Assembly: GCA_019061405.1 (NCBI GenBank)
Contig: JAHRAF010000005.1
Span: 4,188-68,187, forward strand
Direction: 5' to 3'
DNA: 64,000 nt
DNA from: Wolbachia endosymbiont of Fragariocoptes setiger
Lineage (GTDB): Bacteria > Pseudomonadota > Alphaproteobacteria > Rickettsiales > Anaplasmataceae
Position 1 is the stretch's first letter, and each line of letters opens with the position of its first letter. The notes beneath the pieces are model-generated. The model was not told where the DNA came from. It saw only the letters and a list, made by a program, of their open reading frames with translations, and ran no database searches. This document shows, in pieces, positions 42,632-53,672 of this stretch. The position numbers and the translations under genes are program-made.

Positions 42632-45100
42632 TTAGGAGTCACTACTCTTTGATAATGATTCAGATGATTTACATCCTCCCCCATCAGAACTATCTTTATC
42701 TTTTGAATCAGAAGACCCAGACGCAGCTTTGAGTGCAGCTCCAGCGGCTTTAGCACCAGAAATAGCTTTTTTAATCATATTTTTAGGAGTTTCACCACTA
42801 CCAAGAGCTGCTCTAGGATTGCCTGCAAGTTCTGCAACTATTGAAGGGAGAATTCCTAGAAATTGATAAAATAAGAATAATATCAGGCTTAATTTCAATA
42901 TTTCCCCAAGAACAGAATTCTCAAATTCAATATAGGCGAATTTAAACAGACCAAAAACATTACCATTCTCCCAACTATAATTCTGAAGCAAGCATGCAAG
43001 AGTATTAGTATGAGCCTTACACATATTATCTTCTAACTTAAACCATACCTTTTTTTGTGGAGCTAGAGCTTCAATAGGATACTGATGAAATGTTAATCCT
43101 TTAAAAAAGATCTTATCACATGATATAAACATAAAAGATAGAAAAGCAAAAAGCAAAACAGGGTATACACTATAAGTAGTAAATTCTTTTATCCAACCAT
43201 CAAAATATCCTTTAGTATGCTGAAATAGTACCATTGGAACAAATAGTGGTGATAAAATTATGAGTACATTTAAAGCAATATATGACAAAATAAAAGTATA
43301 TGACACCCATAAAATAATCATCATCATCATTATAGCCATAAATAGAGCTACTAAAGCTGTTAGAATCTGACTACCAGCAAATATTATTCCCAGTATTGAA
43401 CCTAGAGTCAAAAGAATTGGAGCACTGCCAAAAAAAGCAGCTACTACAGAGATTCCTCCAGTGGAAAGCGCTCCAGATACACCATTCAGGGGAGCGCCAA
43501 AGTAAAATAGTATTCGACAATCAAGTTTATCCCAGGGAGCAAGATAGTTATATCTCACTTCTCTTACACCATCAGTGTATACGTAATCCTTGATGTTATA
43601 ATTGCATATCCCTTGACTCTCAGAAGATGCTTTCAATACTATATCTGACAATCCATTCGAGATATCAACTAAGTAGCGAGAGTAAGTAGCCATACCATTA
43701 CCTGCTGTAAAGTACATAACTAAGGCAAATTTAAGAATTAACATATACATTTCTGATGGACTACGAACTCCACCAGACATCACTTTTATAGAAAACAATA
43801 TCAAAGCTAAAACTAAAGCAGCAGTAACTGTATCCTTTAAAGTTTTTTGAGCCTTTGATAAAAAAGTCTTCCCTTCCGATTTACCTTTTCCAACAATTAA
43901 GGCATCTAAAGATTCCTTAATACACTGTACTACCATCGATGTAATCGGAATAGGTGTTAACGATTTACTGCCAGCATCACTATAACAAGACTGTGAAATA
44001 TAGTCTGGAAAGCAGCCACTATTATCGTAACCCATAAAGATTTTTCCTTCTTTTTTAAAATCCCGTATTATATCCTTATAGTCTCTAGATTTGTCTATGC
44101 CCTCTAAGGAGGTCACTTCATCTCCTTTATATGAAAATTTCATCTTAGATTTTTCACACATTGGAGCACCTGGATCTGGAGGTAAATATGTACAACCCAT
44201 ATCAACTCCGCTTGGCCATGGAGTCATTTTAATTTTCAACCAGCTAACACTCTTTAATTCTACACATAACTTAGACCCTCTTCTCACTGCTCTAAATTTT
44301 GATCCATGAATGTCTACTTCTTCTCCAACTTTAAGAGTTTTGCACTCTAGATTACCATCAACCTGTGGAAGCCATACTTTACCAGGATTTCCCAACTCTT
44401 TTTCCCTAACATCAAAATTTTTCTGAATTTCACTTGGATCTTTTATCAGTGTTTCAGCATTAAATGCTAAATGCTCTCTGTTACAAATTTCTATATAATC
44501 ACTGTATTCCACAGCATTCTTAGGCCAGTAGTACCCATTATCAGGTTCATATTGATCCAGATTAAATAAATCTTTTTCAATCTTTTTTCCTTGCCCTATT
44601 GAATTACCTCCTAATGCTTCAAAATACTCATCCTCTGTTTTATATGTTTTATCTAATTTGACTTTATGCGATAAACCACTCTGAGAAAGTTCAAAAGCTC
44701 TATACTTCCCTTTATCATCTCGCATAACAGGATGTCTTACAAAACTATGTTGACATACTACTAAACCACCTATTGCTTTCCATACTCCTATAGTTGCAGT
44801 AATCATTCCGGCAATAACAAAAAGAGTAAGTATACCCATTGAAGAAACCAGCATAATTATCCCTGTCCACAGAGCCCCAACTAATATAGCTATCCCTGCA
44901 ACGGCTGCACCAGTACTAAATTGTCCACAATCAGGGTTAGATGCTCGATTGAAGGTATCTGTACTGTTAAACCTACTTATGATCTCTGATTTTTTACTAC
45001 CTGTGTAGGCTTCTTCAGCAAAAGCCTGAAATAACAGGAAAACGTCAATATTTAAAAGAAATATTGCAGCAAGCAATAACGAAAGTTTTGTCTTAAACAT
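42632..45100 (-). CDS. virB6: Type IV secretion VirB6 paralogue 1
   Basis: Signal peptide ending AFA; TrbL core (LILFSIK, PLFVPMVLFQHTKGYFDGW); overlaps the virB4 stop. Confidence 0.9.
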   Translation of the reverse strand: MFKTKLSLLLAAIFLLNIDVFLLFQAFAEEAYTGSKKSEIISRFNSTDTFNRASNPDCGQFSTGAAVAGIAILVGALWTGIIMLVSSMGILTLFVIAGMITATIGVWKAIGGLVVCQHSFVRHPVMRDDKGKYRAFELSQSGLSHKVKLDKTYKTEDEYFEALGGNSIGQGKKIEKDLFNLDQYEPDNGYYWPKNAVEYSDYIEICNREHLAFNAETLIKDPSEIQKNFDVREKELGNPGKVWLPQVDGNLECKTLKVGEEVDIHGSKFRAVRRGSKLCVELKSVSWLKIKMTPWPSGVDMGCTYLPPDPGAPMCEKSKMKFSYKGDEVTSLEGIDKSRDYKDIIRDFKKEGKIFMGYDNSGCFPDYISQSCYSDAGSKSLTPIPITSMVVQCIKESLDALIVGKGKSEGKTFLSKAQKTLKDTVTAALVLALILFSIKVMSGGVRSPSEMYMLILKFALVMYFTAGNGMATYSRYLVDISNGLSDIVLKASSESQGICNYNIKDYVYTDGVREVRYNYLAPWDKLDCRILFYFGAPLNGVSGALSTGGISVVAAFFGSAPILLTLGSILGIIFAGSQILTALVALFMAIMMMMIILWVSYTFILSYIALNVLIILSPLFVPMVLFQHTKGYFDGWIKEFTTYSVYPVLLFAFLSFMFISCDKIFFKGLTFHQYPIEALAPQKKVWFKLEDNMCKAHTNTLACLLQNYSWENGNVFGLFKFAYIEFENSVLGEILKLSLILFLFYQFLGILPSIVAELAGNPRAALGSGETPKNMIKKAISGAKAAGAALKAASGSSDSKDKDSSDGGGCKSSESLSKSSDS

Positions 45101-47498
45101 TTTTTACCTTGTCATAAAATATAGGGAGCCAAACCTTTGGATTATCTCCCACTTCTCTCAATATATCATGCAATAATAAAACACTTTCAGCACGTCCAGA
45201 TAGTACATTAATTATGTCATCTAAATCCTTCAAATCTATTCTAGCTACAATAGCATTAACGCCTTGTTTTACTAAAAAATATCTAGTGCTAGGATCTGTA
45301 TGTTTTATTAATATATATTCACGTTCAGTGAGCATAAAAACATCTCTATAAACATTTGTAGCCTTCAAGTTAGGTAGAAAAATCTGCGTTGCTGTCTGCT
45401 GTACAAGTGTATCACTAATAGCACTTTTGCTTGCATCTTCAACGCTCTGAGTTGCAAAAATCACAAAGGCATTTAATTTTCTGAGGACTTTTAACCAATC
45501 CTTTATTTTAGGAGCAAAAACTGGATTATCTATCAATGCCCATGCTTCATCTAATACGATCATAGATGGGGTGCCATCAAGAGACATATTAATTCTATGA
45601 AAAAGATATATCAGCACTGGACCAAGAGCAACAGGATCTTTTAGTAGCTTAGCCATCTCAAAACCAAATACTCTTGCTCGAGAAAAATCTAAGAGATCAT
45701 CTTCATTATCAAATATTGCAGCATGAGAACCATCACCATGCCACATTGATATTGATCCCGCTAATGTATCAGGACCTGCCAAACCTAAGAATGGAACAAG
45801 ATTACTTAAAATTCTATCTTCTTTTTTTAATTTAAAGTTACCTTCAATTGCATCATTAATTCTCGATATATTCTCAGAGGTAAATTTATCAGTATATACC
45901 GAGACTAAAGATTTCATCCACTCCATTAAAAATGTTCTGTTATCTGGAGTATCATCAAGTTGTAGAGGGTTAAAATTTGTTTGAGTTCTTGGTTCAATGA
46001 TAGTATATATTCCACCAAGAGCTCTAAGGAAAATTTCGGCGCCACAATCTTTATCAAAGAAAAATATTCTTGGAGAAAATTTCATTGTTTGGGCACATAG
46101 AAAGTTCATCAGAACTGTTTTTCCAGCACCAGTTGGACCAATTATCATTGTGTGACCAACATCTCTAATATGAAAATTAAAGAAGAATGGAGTCTTAGAT
46201 GTTGTATCAAAAACTGTTACAGCATCTCCCCAATGGTTATCAAATTTTTTACCAGTAGGATAATTGTGCTGAGATGCAAACCCTGAGAGATTAAGACTAC
46301 TTATAGTCGCTTTTCTGACTATATAGTCAAAGTTACCAGGAAGCTGTGCCCAAAAAGATGGCTCAAGATTTACTCTCTCTCTGACGGGATAAATACCACA
46401 ATTAGAAAGCTCCGATTCTACTAATGATAAAGCATTATCCAGTAATTTAGGACTTTTTTCTATACATAAAATAGTTAAATGGTGCTTACCAAATGCAATT
46501 TTACCACTTGTTGCATCATCAAGTGCTTGGGAAATCTCTGCGATTTGCGAAATGGCTTTATCCTCAGATTGTATCATGCGATTTTGTTGTATTTGCATCT
46601 TTGTGACGGCTAGCTGTCTATTGATAAAGTGAAAAGACTGAGTAATAATAAATTCATGATCAAGCTGTAAAAATGCATCAAGCATTCCTGCAGAAGTATG
46701 ATTGCCATATTCTTTTATACTCACTATTCCAGCATATTTGCTTTCATTATGAGTCACAACCTGTATAATTTTTCGACCAAAAAACATTCTATGCACAGGT
46801 AGATATCTTGATATCTGAGTATTAAGTGGAAAAAGTGTACTAGTTACAAAACCACAATTAACGATTCTAGATAAAAACTCCATGATTTCACAAAATAACC
46901 CTCTAGGAGTTTCCCTAACTCCTAAAATCTTAGGAGAGTAATTTCTTAAACTTGTCATCACACGATTTGTGGTCTCTTCCAGATCTTCATAAACGGCACG
47001 CATGTCATCTTCCCATGCATGTTTTGAAGTCACATGACCAAATTTTTTAAGTAAATATGATAAAAATTCCACTCCATTCTTATCTACCTTGCGAATAATT
47101 GAAATGTATAAATCGTTAACAAATGAACGCCTAGTTGAATGTTTCTCTCTCCACTTCTGATTTACATGATTAGCAAAAAAATTTGGTAAATTCTGATTTG
47201 CAAATTCATCAGAAAAAATATTTTTCTTTCTTCTAATAGTATGAAAATACAAACTAAATGCGGGAGATGAGATGCTCCTTAACATCTGATTTCTAATGTT
47301 ATTCTGTATTACCAAGTCTTCATCATCAGCTGTTTCAAATGCGAACCCATTGAGCTTTATTATCTTAACTAGCGAATCTCCATTTGTTACTAGAGTGGTA
47401 CTATTCCAGTAGCAAGAATAAGGTATAAATTTGGCAGCATGGACTTCTCTATTTAAAATAGACTTATTCTTTGATCTAATGACCTTAAGATTCAACAT
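45093..47498 (-). CDS. virB4: Type IV secretion ATPase VirB4
   Basis: Walker A GPTGAGKT, FFFDKD, Walker B DEAW and FATQS. Confidence 0.97.
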   Translation of the reverse strand: MLNLKVIRSKNKSILNREVHAAKFIPYSCYWNSTTLVTNGDSLVKIIKLNGFAFETADDEDLVIQNNIRNQMLRSISSPAFSLYFHTIRRKKNIFSDEFANQNLPNFFANHVNQKWREKHSTRRSFVNDLYISIIRKVDKNGVEFLSYLLKKFGHVTSKHAWEDDMRAVYEDLEETTNRVMTSLRNYSPKILGVRETPRGLFCEIMEFLSRIVNCGFVTSTLFPLNTQISRYLPVHRMFFGRKIIQVVTHNESKYAGIVSIKEYGNHTSAGMLDAFLQLDHEFIITQSFHFINRQLAVTKMQIQQNRMIQSEDKAISQIAEISQALDDATSGKIAFGKHHLTILCIEKSPKLLDNALSLVESELSNCGIYPVRERVNLEPSFWAQLPGNFDYIVRKATISSLNLSGFASQHNYPTGKKFDNHWGDAVTVFDTTSKTPFFFNFHIRDVGHTMIIGPTGAGKTVLMNFLCAQTMKFSPRIFFFDKDCGAEIFLRALGGIYTIIEPRTQTNFNPLQLDDTPDNRTFLMEWMKSLVSVYTDKFTSENISRINDAIEGNFKLKKEDRILSNLVPFLGLAGPDTLAGSISMWHGDGSHAAIFDNEDDLLDFSRARVFGFEMAKLLKDPVALGPVLIYLFHRINMSLDGTPSMIVLDEAWALIDNPVFAPKIKDWLKVLRKLNAFVIFATQSVEDASKSAISDTLVQQTATQIFLPNLKATNVYRDVFMLTEREYILIKHTDPSTRYFLVKQGVNAIVARIDLKDLDDIINVLSGRAESVLLLHDILREVGDNPKVWLPIFYDKVKNV

Positions 47499-47507
47499 TA
47501 AATAAAC

Positions 47508-47804
47508 TTAACTAATATCATAGGAATTGGCCCCGTGGTAACCATGATTCAGACACATTGGACACTTTTGCATTTTTACCATAAACAATTCAATAAATAA
47601 AGGTTCCTTAGCAGAAGCTATGTAACCTAATCCATGTATTGTTGGTAAAAGTAAAAGAATGACCCTTAAATCACTTGTATTAATAAATGTTACCATACAA
47701 ATCATAACATTCAGTATAGCGAACATATAACTGACACCAAAAAGCATTACTGGCCTAGTTAAACCTTTAAATAATTGATCTGTTTGTATATTACCTGTCG
47801 ACAT
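47508..47804 (-). CDS. virB3: Type IV secretion VirB3
   Basis: LFKGLTRPVMLFGV and KEPLFIELF; directly upstream of virB4; probable ATG at 47804. Confidence 0.93.
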   Translation of the reverse strand: MSTGNIQTDQLFKGLTRPVMLFGVSYMFAILNVMICMVTFINTSDLRVILLLLPTIHGLGYIASAKEPLFIELFMVKMQKCPMCLNHGYHGANSYDIS

Positions 47805-47911
47805 ATTTTTATAGATAAATTTAAAAGTTATACTAATACTACACAAGTATATTAAAAATTCATTGAAGTTAATAGCATTTTTGATAGAATACGTTGGTTA
47901 ATAACTTAACA

Positions 47912-49435
47912 ATGATGAACTGGCCCTTTCAAGAAGCAAAAAAAATATTACAAACATTCCCTAATAAAAAAGAAATAATATTTGAAACCGGTTACGGTCC
48001 ATCAGGATTACCACACATAGGAACTTTTGGAGAAGTATTTCGCACCACAGTTGTAGTAAATGCATTAAAAAAATTAGCCCCTGATATAAAAACTAAAATC
48101 ATTGCAGTTTCAGATGATATGGATGGATTACGTAAGATACCAGATAATGTACCAAACCAGGAAATGCTAAAACAGCATCTAAATAAACCATTAACTATGA
48201 TACCAGACCCATTTGGAACTCATGAAAGCTATGGTCATCATATGAATTCTTTATTACGTAAATTTCTGGATCTGTTCGAATTTCAATATGAATTCAAAAG
48301 TGCAACAGAATGTTATAAGTCTGGTATCTATGATGAAAAGCTTCTTCTCCTACTTAAAAACTATGACAAAATAATGGATGTGATATTACCATCATTGAGA
48401 GAAGAAAGACAACAAACATACAGTCCCTTTTTACCGATATGTCCTCAAACTTCTCAGGTTTTACAAGTTCCTATAACTGAAATACATTTAGAAAAAGGTT
48501 CAATAACATATGAAGACATTCATAGAGAAAAAGTAACAGTACCAGTCACAGGTGGAAGCTGCAAGTTACAATGGAAACCTGACTGGGGAATGAGATGGGC
48601 TGCTCTTGGAATAAATTATGAAGCTCACGGAAAAGACTTAACACCATCTGCTATTCTCTCAAGTAAGATATGTAAAATACTAGGTGAAACACCCCCTAAT
48701 CTATTTTGTTATGAATTCTTTCTCGACAAAGAAGGAAAGAAAATTTCAAAATCTAAAGGCAATGGAGTTTCTATTGAAGAATGGTTAACTTATGCACCAA
48801 CAGAAAGTTTAGCTTATTATATTTTTCAAAATCCTCAAAAAGCTAAACGCTTACACTTTGATGTAATACCAAAATCAACAGATGAATACTTGGAATTCAT
48901 CAAATCTTACCATGAAAGTGGAAAAGAAGATTTAACTAATCCTGCTTGGCATATTCATCAAGGTAAAGTCCCTATAATTAACACTTCTGGTATAAATTTT
49001 ACCTTACTTCTAAATCTCGCGACAGCTTGTAATGCTGAAAATAAAGAAATTCTTTGGGGATTTATCTCAACTTACTCACCAAATGTCACACCAGAAAACA
49101 ACATTATGCTTAACAGACTATCAGAATTTGCAGTCAAGTATTATCATGATTTCATTAAGCCAATAAAATCATATAAAGCCCCTAATGAACGAGAAAAAAA
49201 TGCATTATTAGATTTAAAAGTAGTTTTATCTCATACTAAAACTGCTGAAGAAATTCAATCTGATATATTCTCAATTGGTAAAAAACATCAATATAATAAC
49301 TTACGTGAATGGTTTCAGATGTTATACGAAACATTACTTGGTCAGAAAACAGGACCTAGAATAGGATCTTTCATCAAACTCTATGGTATAGAAAATACTA
49401 TTTATCTTATAGATAACGCACTAAACAGAAAATAG
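47912..49435 (+). CDS. lysS: Lysyl-tRNA synthetase, class I
   Basis: ETGYGPSGLPHIGTFGE, KLQWKPDW, GKDL, KISKSKGN and GPRIG. Confidence 0.96.
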   Translation: MMNWPFQEAKKILQTFPNKKEIIFETGYGPSGLPHIGTFGEVFRTTVVVNALKKLAPDIKTKIIAVSDDMDGLRKIPDNVPNQEMLKQHLNKPLTMIPDPFGTHESYGHHMNSLLRKFLDLFEFQYEFKSATECYKSGIYDEKLLLLLKNYDKIMDVILPSLREERQQTYSPFLPICPQTSQVLQVPITEIHLEKGSITYEDIHREKVTVPVTGGSCKLQWKPDWGMRWAALGINYEAHGKDLTPSAILSSKICKILGETPPNLFCYEFFLDKEGKKISKSKGNGVSIEEWLTYAPTESLAYYIFQNPQKAKRLHFDVIPKSTDEYLEFIKSYHESGKEDLTNPAWHIHQGKVPIINTSGINFTLLLNLATACNAENKEILWGFISTYSPNVTPENNIMLNRLSEFAVKYYHDFIKPIKSYKAPNEREKNALLDLKVVLSHTKTAEEIQSDIFSIGKKHQYNNLREWFQMLYETLLGQKTGPRIGSFIKLYGIENTIYLIDNALNRK

Positions 49436-49507
49436 AATAAGAAAGAACTTTTACTAAAACAATATTCTTGTTATATTCTAGCCTGTACTGAATTTTCAAC
49501 ATTTAAA

Positions 49508-50407
49508 GTGCTAGTGACTAACAAAATAAAAAGAATCTTAGACTATTATGAGAGTGATAACCCAGGCACAAAAGCCAACCTCACTCGTATTTTAATGCAT
49601 GGAAAACTTGGAGGTACAGGTAAACTAATTATTCTTCCAGTTGATCAAGGATTTGAACATGGACCAATAAAGAGCTTTGAGGTTAATCCTGATGCATATG
49701 ACCCACACTATCATTTCCAACTTGCAGTTGATGCGGGGTTAAGCGCCTATGCTGCTCCACTTGGCATGATCGAGGCTGGTGCTTCAACTTATGCTGGCAT
49801 ACTTCCACTTATTTTAAAACTCAACAGCTCTAATTCCTTACATGCTAAAAATCTCACAGATGACCAAGCAATTACTGCATCAGTAAAAGATGCCTTGCGT
49901 TTAGGTTGTACAGCTGTAGGTTTTACTATATATCCTGGATCTGCAAAATGTTTTGATATGATAGAAGAAGCGCGTAAAGTTATAGCAGAAGCTAAGTCTT
50001 ATGGTCTCGCAACAGTATTGTGGTCTTATCCACGTGGAGAAGGGATTTCCACCAAAGAAGGAGAAACAGCTGTTGATATAATAGCTTATGCCGCACACAT
50101 AGCAGCGCTTCTTGGAGCTAATATAATAAAAGTAAAACTTCCATCTCAGCATTTAGAGAAAGATAAAATTAACAATATTGATTCTTTACAAGAAAGAATC
50201 AAATACATCAAAAAGTCTTGTTTTGCAGGAAAAAGAATCGTAGTCTTTTCCGGTGGTGAATCAAAGTCTATTGAGCACATATATGATGAAGCAAGAGAAA
50301 TTAATAATGGAGGAGGTAACGGATCAATCATTGGGAGAAATACCTTTCAGCGAAAAAAAACCGATGCTTTATCAATGTTACAAGGTATAATAGGTATCTA
50401 TAAATAA
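49508..50407 (+). CDS. fbaB: Class I fructose-bisphosphate aldolase (DhnA/FbaB)
   Basis: LPVDQGFEHGP, AVGFTIYPGS, WSYPRG, GANIIKVK and GSIIGRN. Confidence 0.93.
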   Translation: MLVTNKIKRILDYYESDNPGTKANLTRILMHGKLGGTGKLIILPVDQGFEHGPIKSFEVNPDAYDPHYHFQLAVDAGLSAYAAPLGMIEAGASTYAGILPLILKLNSSNSLHAKNLTDDQAITASVKDALRLGCTAVGFTIYPGSAKCFDMIEEARKVIAEAKSYGLATVLWSYPRGEGISTKEGETAVDIIAYAAHIAALLGANIIKVKLPSQHLEKDKINNIDSLQERIKYIKKSCFAGKRIVVFSGGESKSIEHIYDEAREINNGGGNGSIIGRNTFQRKKTDALSMLQGIIGIYK

Positions 50408-50411
50408 AAAT

Positions 50412-50483
50412 GGCTGGGTGGCAGAATGGCTTATGCAGAGGACTGCAAATCCTTTTATACCGGTTCAATTCCGGTCCCGGCCT
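50412..50483 (+). tRNA. tRNA-Cys (anticodon GCA)
   Basis: Acceptor GGCTGGG/CCCGGCC, anticodon arm GAGGA-CTGCAAA-TCCTT, GGTTCAATTCC T-loop, U discriminator. Confidence 0.95.
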
Positions 50484-50584
50484 CTTAACCCTATTACTCT
50501 AATAAGTTAAAGTTTTAGTTCTCAACACTAGACTTATTTTAAATTTTCTATAAAATTAAGACTTCAACTATCATTTTAATATTT

Positions 50585-52420
50585 ATGTCAATAGAATTTA
50601 ATTCAATTCGTAATATCGCAATAATTGCACATGTTGATCATGGTAAGACTACCTTACTTGATAATATGCTAAAGCAAAGCGGAATGTTCCGTGAAAATCA
50701 AGAAATTCAAGAGCGAGTTATGGATAGCGGAGACCAAGAACGTGAGCGAGGAATCACTATATTGGCAAAGTGCACCTCAATAATGTGGGGTAATGATAAA
50801 ATTAATATTATAGACACTCCAGGACATGCGGATTTTGGCGGCGAAGTAGAAAGAGTATTATGTATGGCAGATGGAGTATTGTTATTAGTCGATGCTGCCG
50901 AAGGTCCAATGCCTCAAACTAAGTTTGTATTATCAAAAGCACTTAAATCCAATCTAAAGCCAATAGTGATAATTAATAAAGTTGATCGTCCAGATAGCCG
51001 AATTGATGAAGTATTAAATGAGGTATATGATTTATTCTTTAATTTGGATGCTACAAATGAACAATTAGATTTTCCAGTATTATATGCCTCAGGAAGAAAC
51101 GGTTGGTGTATTAAAGAATTATCAGATGAACGAAAAGATTTAACTCCTTTGTTTTTAACTGTTTTAGATTATATAAAATCCTCTATTTATGATTACGATG
51201 CTCCATTTGCTATGCTAGTAACGTTACTTGAATCTGACAAATTTCTTGGCCGAATATTAACTGGAAAAATTTACCAAGGTATTGCAAAAGTCAATTCAGA
51301 CCTTAAGGTACTTGATTTAGAAGGTAAGATAATTGAACGTGGAAGGTTAACAAAATTACTCTCATTTTCTGGTTTAAAGCGTCTTCCAGTAGAAGAAGCT
51401 GTAGCCGGTGATATCATTGCAATTGCCGGTCTTGAAGAAGCTTCTGTATCAAATACTATAGCAGTACCAGAGGTAACAACTTCTATACTTTCAACTCCAG
51501 TAGATCCACCAACAATGGCAATAACCATTAGTGTTAATGATTCGCCTTTTGCTGGACAAGAAGGCACAAAGCTTACTTCAACTGTAATAAAAAACCGTTT
51601 ATACGCGGAAGCAGAAACTAATGTTGCCATTACTGTTACCCCAACACCAACTGGTGAAGCATTCGAAGTAGGAGGACGTGGTGAGTTACAACTTGGAGTG
51701 CTCATTGAAAATATGAGAAGAGAAGGATTTGAGCTTTCAGTTTCACGCCCAAGAGTCTTGTTTAAAGAAGAAGGTAGTAAAAAACTTGAACCTATAGAAG
51801 AAGTAGTCATTGATGTAGACGATGAATACAGTGGTATTATCATGGAAAAACTTAGCTTTCGTAAAGGTGAAGTAATTGATATGAGACCATCAGGTAATGG
51901 CAGAACAAGATTAATATTCCTAGTACCATCAAGAGGATTGATTGGCTATCAAGGAGAATTTTTAACAGCCTCTAGAGGCACAGGTATAATCAATCGCTTG
52001 TTTCATAGTTATGCTCTACATAAAGGTCCAATTTCTGGAAGGAGAAATGGTGTTTTAATCTCCACAGATAAAGGTGAAGCCATAGCTTATGCAATTTTTA
52101 ATTTGCAGGACAGAGGAATCATGTTTGTTAAACCACAAGATAAGGTATATTGTGGTATGATTGTTGGACAACACAATCGTGATAATGATTTAGAAATAAA
52201 CGTATTAAAAGGAAAACAGCTAACAAACGTAAGAGCATCAGGAAGTGACGAAGCTATTAAACTTACTCTACCAAGGATAATGACACTCGAAGATATGATA
52301 GCATATATAGATGACGATGAATTGGTTGAAGTGACACCAAAATCTATTCGTCTAAGAAAGAAATTTCTTGATCCTAATGAAAGAAAACGTGCTAGTAGAG
52401 CAATGCGTAGCAGTATGTAA
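50585..52420 (+). CDS. typA: Translational GTPase TypA/BipA
   Basis: IAHVDHGKTT, DTPGHADF, NKVD, GRGELQL and EVTPKSIRLRK. Confidence 0.97.
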   Translation: MSIEFNSIRNIAIIAHVDHGKTTLLDNMLKQSGMFRENQEIQERVMDSGDQERERGITILAKCTSIMWGNDKINIIDTPGHADFGGEVERVLCMADGVLLLVDAAEGPMPQTKFVLSKALKSNLKPIVIINKVDRPDSRIDEVLNEVYDLFFNLDATNEQLDFPVLYASGRNGWCIKELSDERKDLTPLFLTVLDYIKSSIYDYDAPFAMLVTLLESDKFLGRILTGKIYQGIAKVNSDLKVLDLEGKIIERGRLTKLLSFSGLKRLPVEEAVAGDIIAIAGLEEASVSNTIAVPEVTTSILSTPVDPPTMAITISVNDSPFAGQEGTKLTSTVIKNRLYAEAETNVAITVTPTPTGEAFEVGGRGELQLGVLIENMRREGFELSVSRPRVLFKEEGSKKLEPIEEVVIDVDDEYSGIIMEKLSFRKGEVIDMRPSGNGRTRLIFLVPSRGLIGYQGEFLTASRGTGIINRLFHSYALHKGPISGRRNGVLISTDKGEAIAYAIFNLQDRGIMFVKPQDKVYCGMIVGQHNRDNDLEINVLKGKQLTNVRASGSDEAIKLTLPRIMTLEDMIAYIDDDELVEVTPKSIRLRKKFLDPNERKRASRAMRSSM

Positions 52421-52433
52421 AAAGCTGCTTTTT
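52419..52433. terminator. Short palindrome filling the typA/iscS convergent gap
   Basis: AAAAAG-CTG-CTTTTT; weak, may act as a bidirectional terminator. Confidence 0.3.
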
Positions 52434-53588
52434 CTATATTAAATTTTTTCTATATATAGAATACCAACAGTTTATTATTTTTTCTATATCCTGAAATGTA
52501 GTATTATAACCTATACTGATTCTGATAGAGCATTCCATTTGTTCTCTAGTTGCTCCCATTGCCTGCAATACGTGAGAAGGTTCAATTTTACCAGAAGAGC
52601 ATGCAGACCCATTACCAATAGAAATACTACTGAGATCAAAGCTCATTAACTGTACGTCGCTCTTTACTTTTGGCATATAAATACAGCTTGTATTTGATAG
52701 CCTATTAGAGTCCTTTCCAAATATTCCAACATCCTTTACAAGGTTTAATATTTCATGTTCTAATTTATTTCGCAACATTTCTATTTCCTTTACTTTAGAT
52801 AAAAGTCTAGGAATATCACATAATGCAGAAGAAAGACCTGCTATTGCAACTACATTCTCTGTACCAGCACGTAATCCTTTTTCTTGTTTACCACCATGAA
52901 TTATAGGATCTATCTTGAGATCTTTCCTGAATATTAAAACTCCACTTCCAGCTATGCCACCAAACTTATGAGCAGATAAAGTTAACAAATCCACTCCTAA
53001 TTCTTCTATATTTACATCAATTTTTCCAATACCTTGGGCAGCATCAGTATGATATATAGCTCCAAATTCATGAACAATTTTAGCTATTTTCTTCACTGGC
53101 TGAATTACACCAGTTTCGTTATTTGCCATCATTATTGAAACTAATACCTTCTCTCCTTTAAGCATATGAAGAGCTTTTTCTAATTCTGTAATCTCAATAA
53201 CTCCATCTCTATTGACTGGTATTATATATGGGTTACTGACAGATCGTAGAACTGAATGATGTTCTATTGCTGAAATAATATGTTTATACCCTTTCATACC
53301 CATTATTGCTAAATTATTCGCTTCAGTTGCAGAAGAGGTGAAAATTATTTCTTTGTTGTTTGACGCTCCAAGAAATTTATATACATTTTCTCTTGCATCT
53401 TGAATAATTTTTCTCGCTTTTTGACCATCTTGATGCATAGAAGATGGATTAAGAACCTTTAGTGATAGAGCTGATAATATGTTTTTTATTACATTTTCAC
53501 TAATTGGAGTGGTTGCATTATAGTCAGCATATACACGATTTTCTGATGTAACTAAACTTGTCTTACTTTTCATAGGACATTCAACCAT
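52434..53588 (-). CDS. iscS: Cysteine desulfurase (IscS/NifS group)
   Basis: YADYNATT, FTSSATEANN, PLP lysine SAHKFGG, RAGTEN and catalytic GSACSSG. Confidence 0.92.
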   Translation of the reverse strand: MVECPMKSKTSLVTSENRVYADYNATTPISENVIKNILSALSLKVLNPSSMHQDGQKARKIIQDARENVYKFLGASNNKEIIFTSSATEANNLAIMGMKGYKHIISAIEHHSVLRSVSNPYIIPVNRDGVIEITELEKALHMLKGEKVLVSIMMANNETGVIQPVKKIAKIVHEFGAIYHTDAAQGIGKIDVNIEELGVDLLTLSAHKFGGIAGSGVLIFRKDLKIDPIIHGGKQEKGLRAGTENVVAIAGLSSALCDIPRLLSKVKEIEMLRNKLEHEILNLVKDVGIFGKDSNRLSNTSCIYMPKVKSDVQLMSFDLSSISIGNGSACSSGKIEPSHVLQAMGATREQMECSIRISIGYNTTFQDIEKIINCWYSIYRKNLI

Positions 53589-53672
53589 AATAAAAACTTA
53601 TTGCAAAAAAAGGGAATTTAATCAATACTCAAGTAGTATTCTATACTGCTAAGCATCTTATCAAAGAGTAAT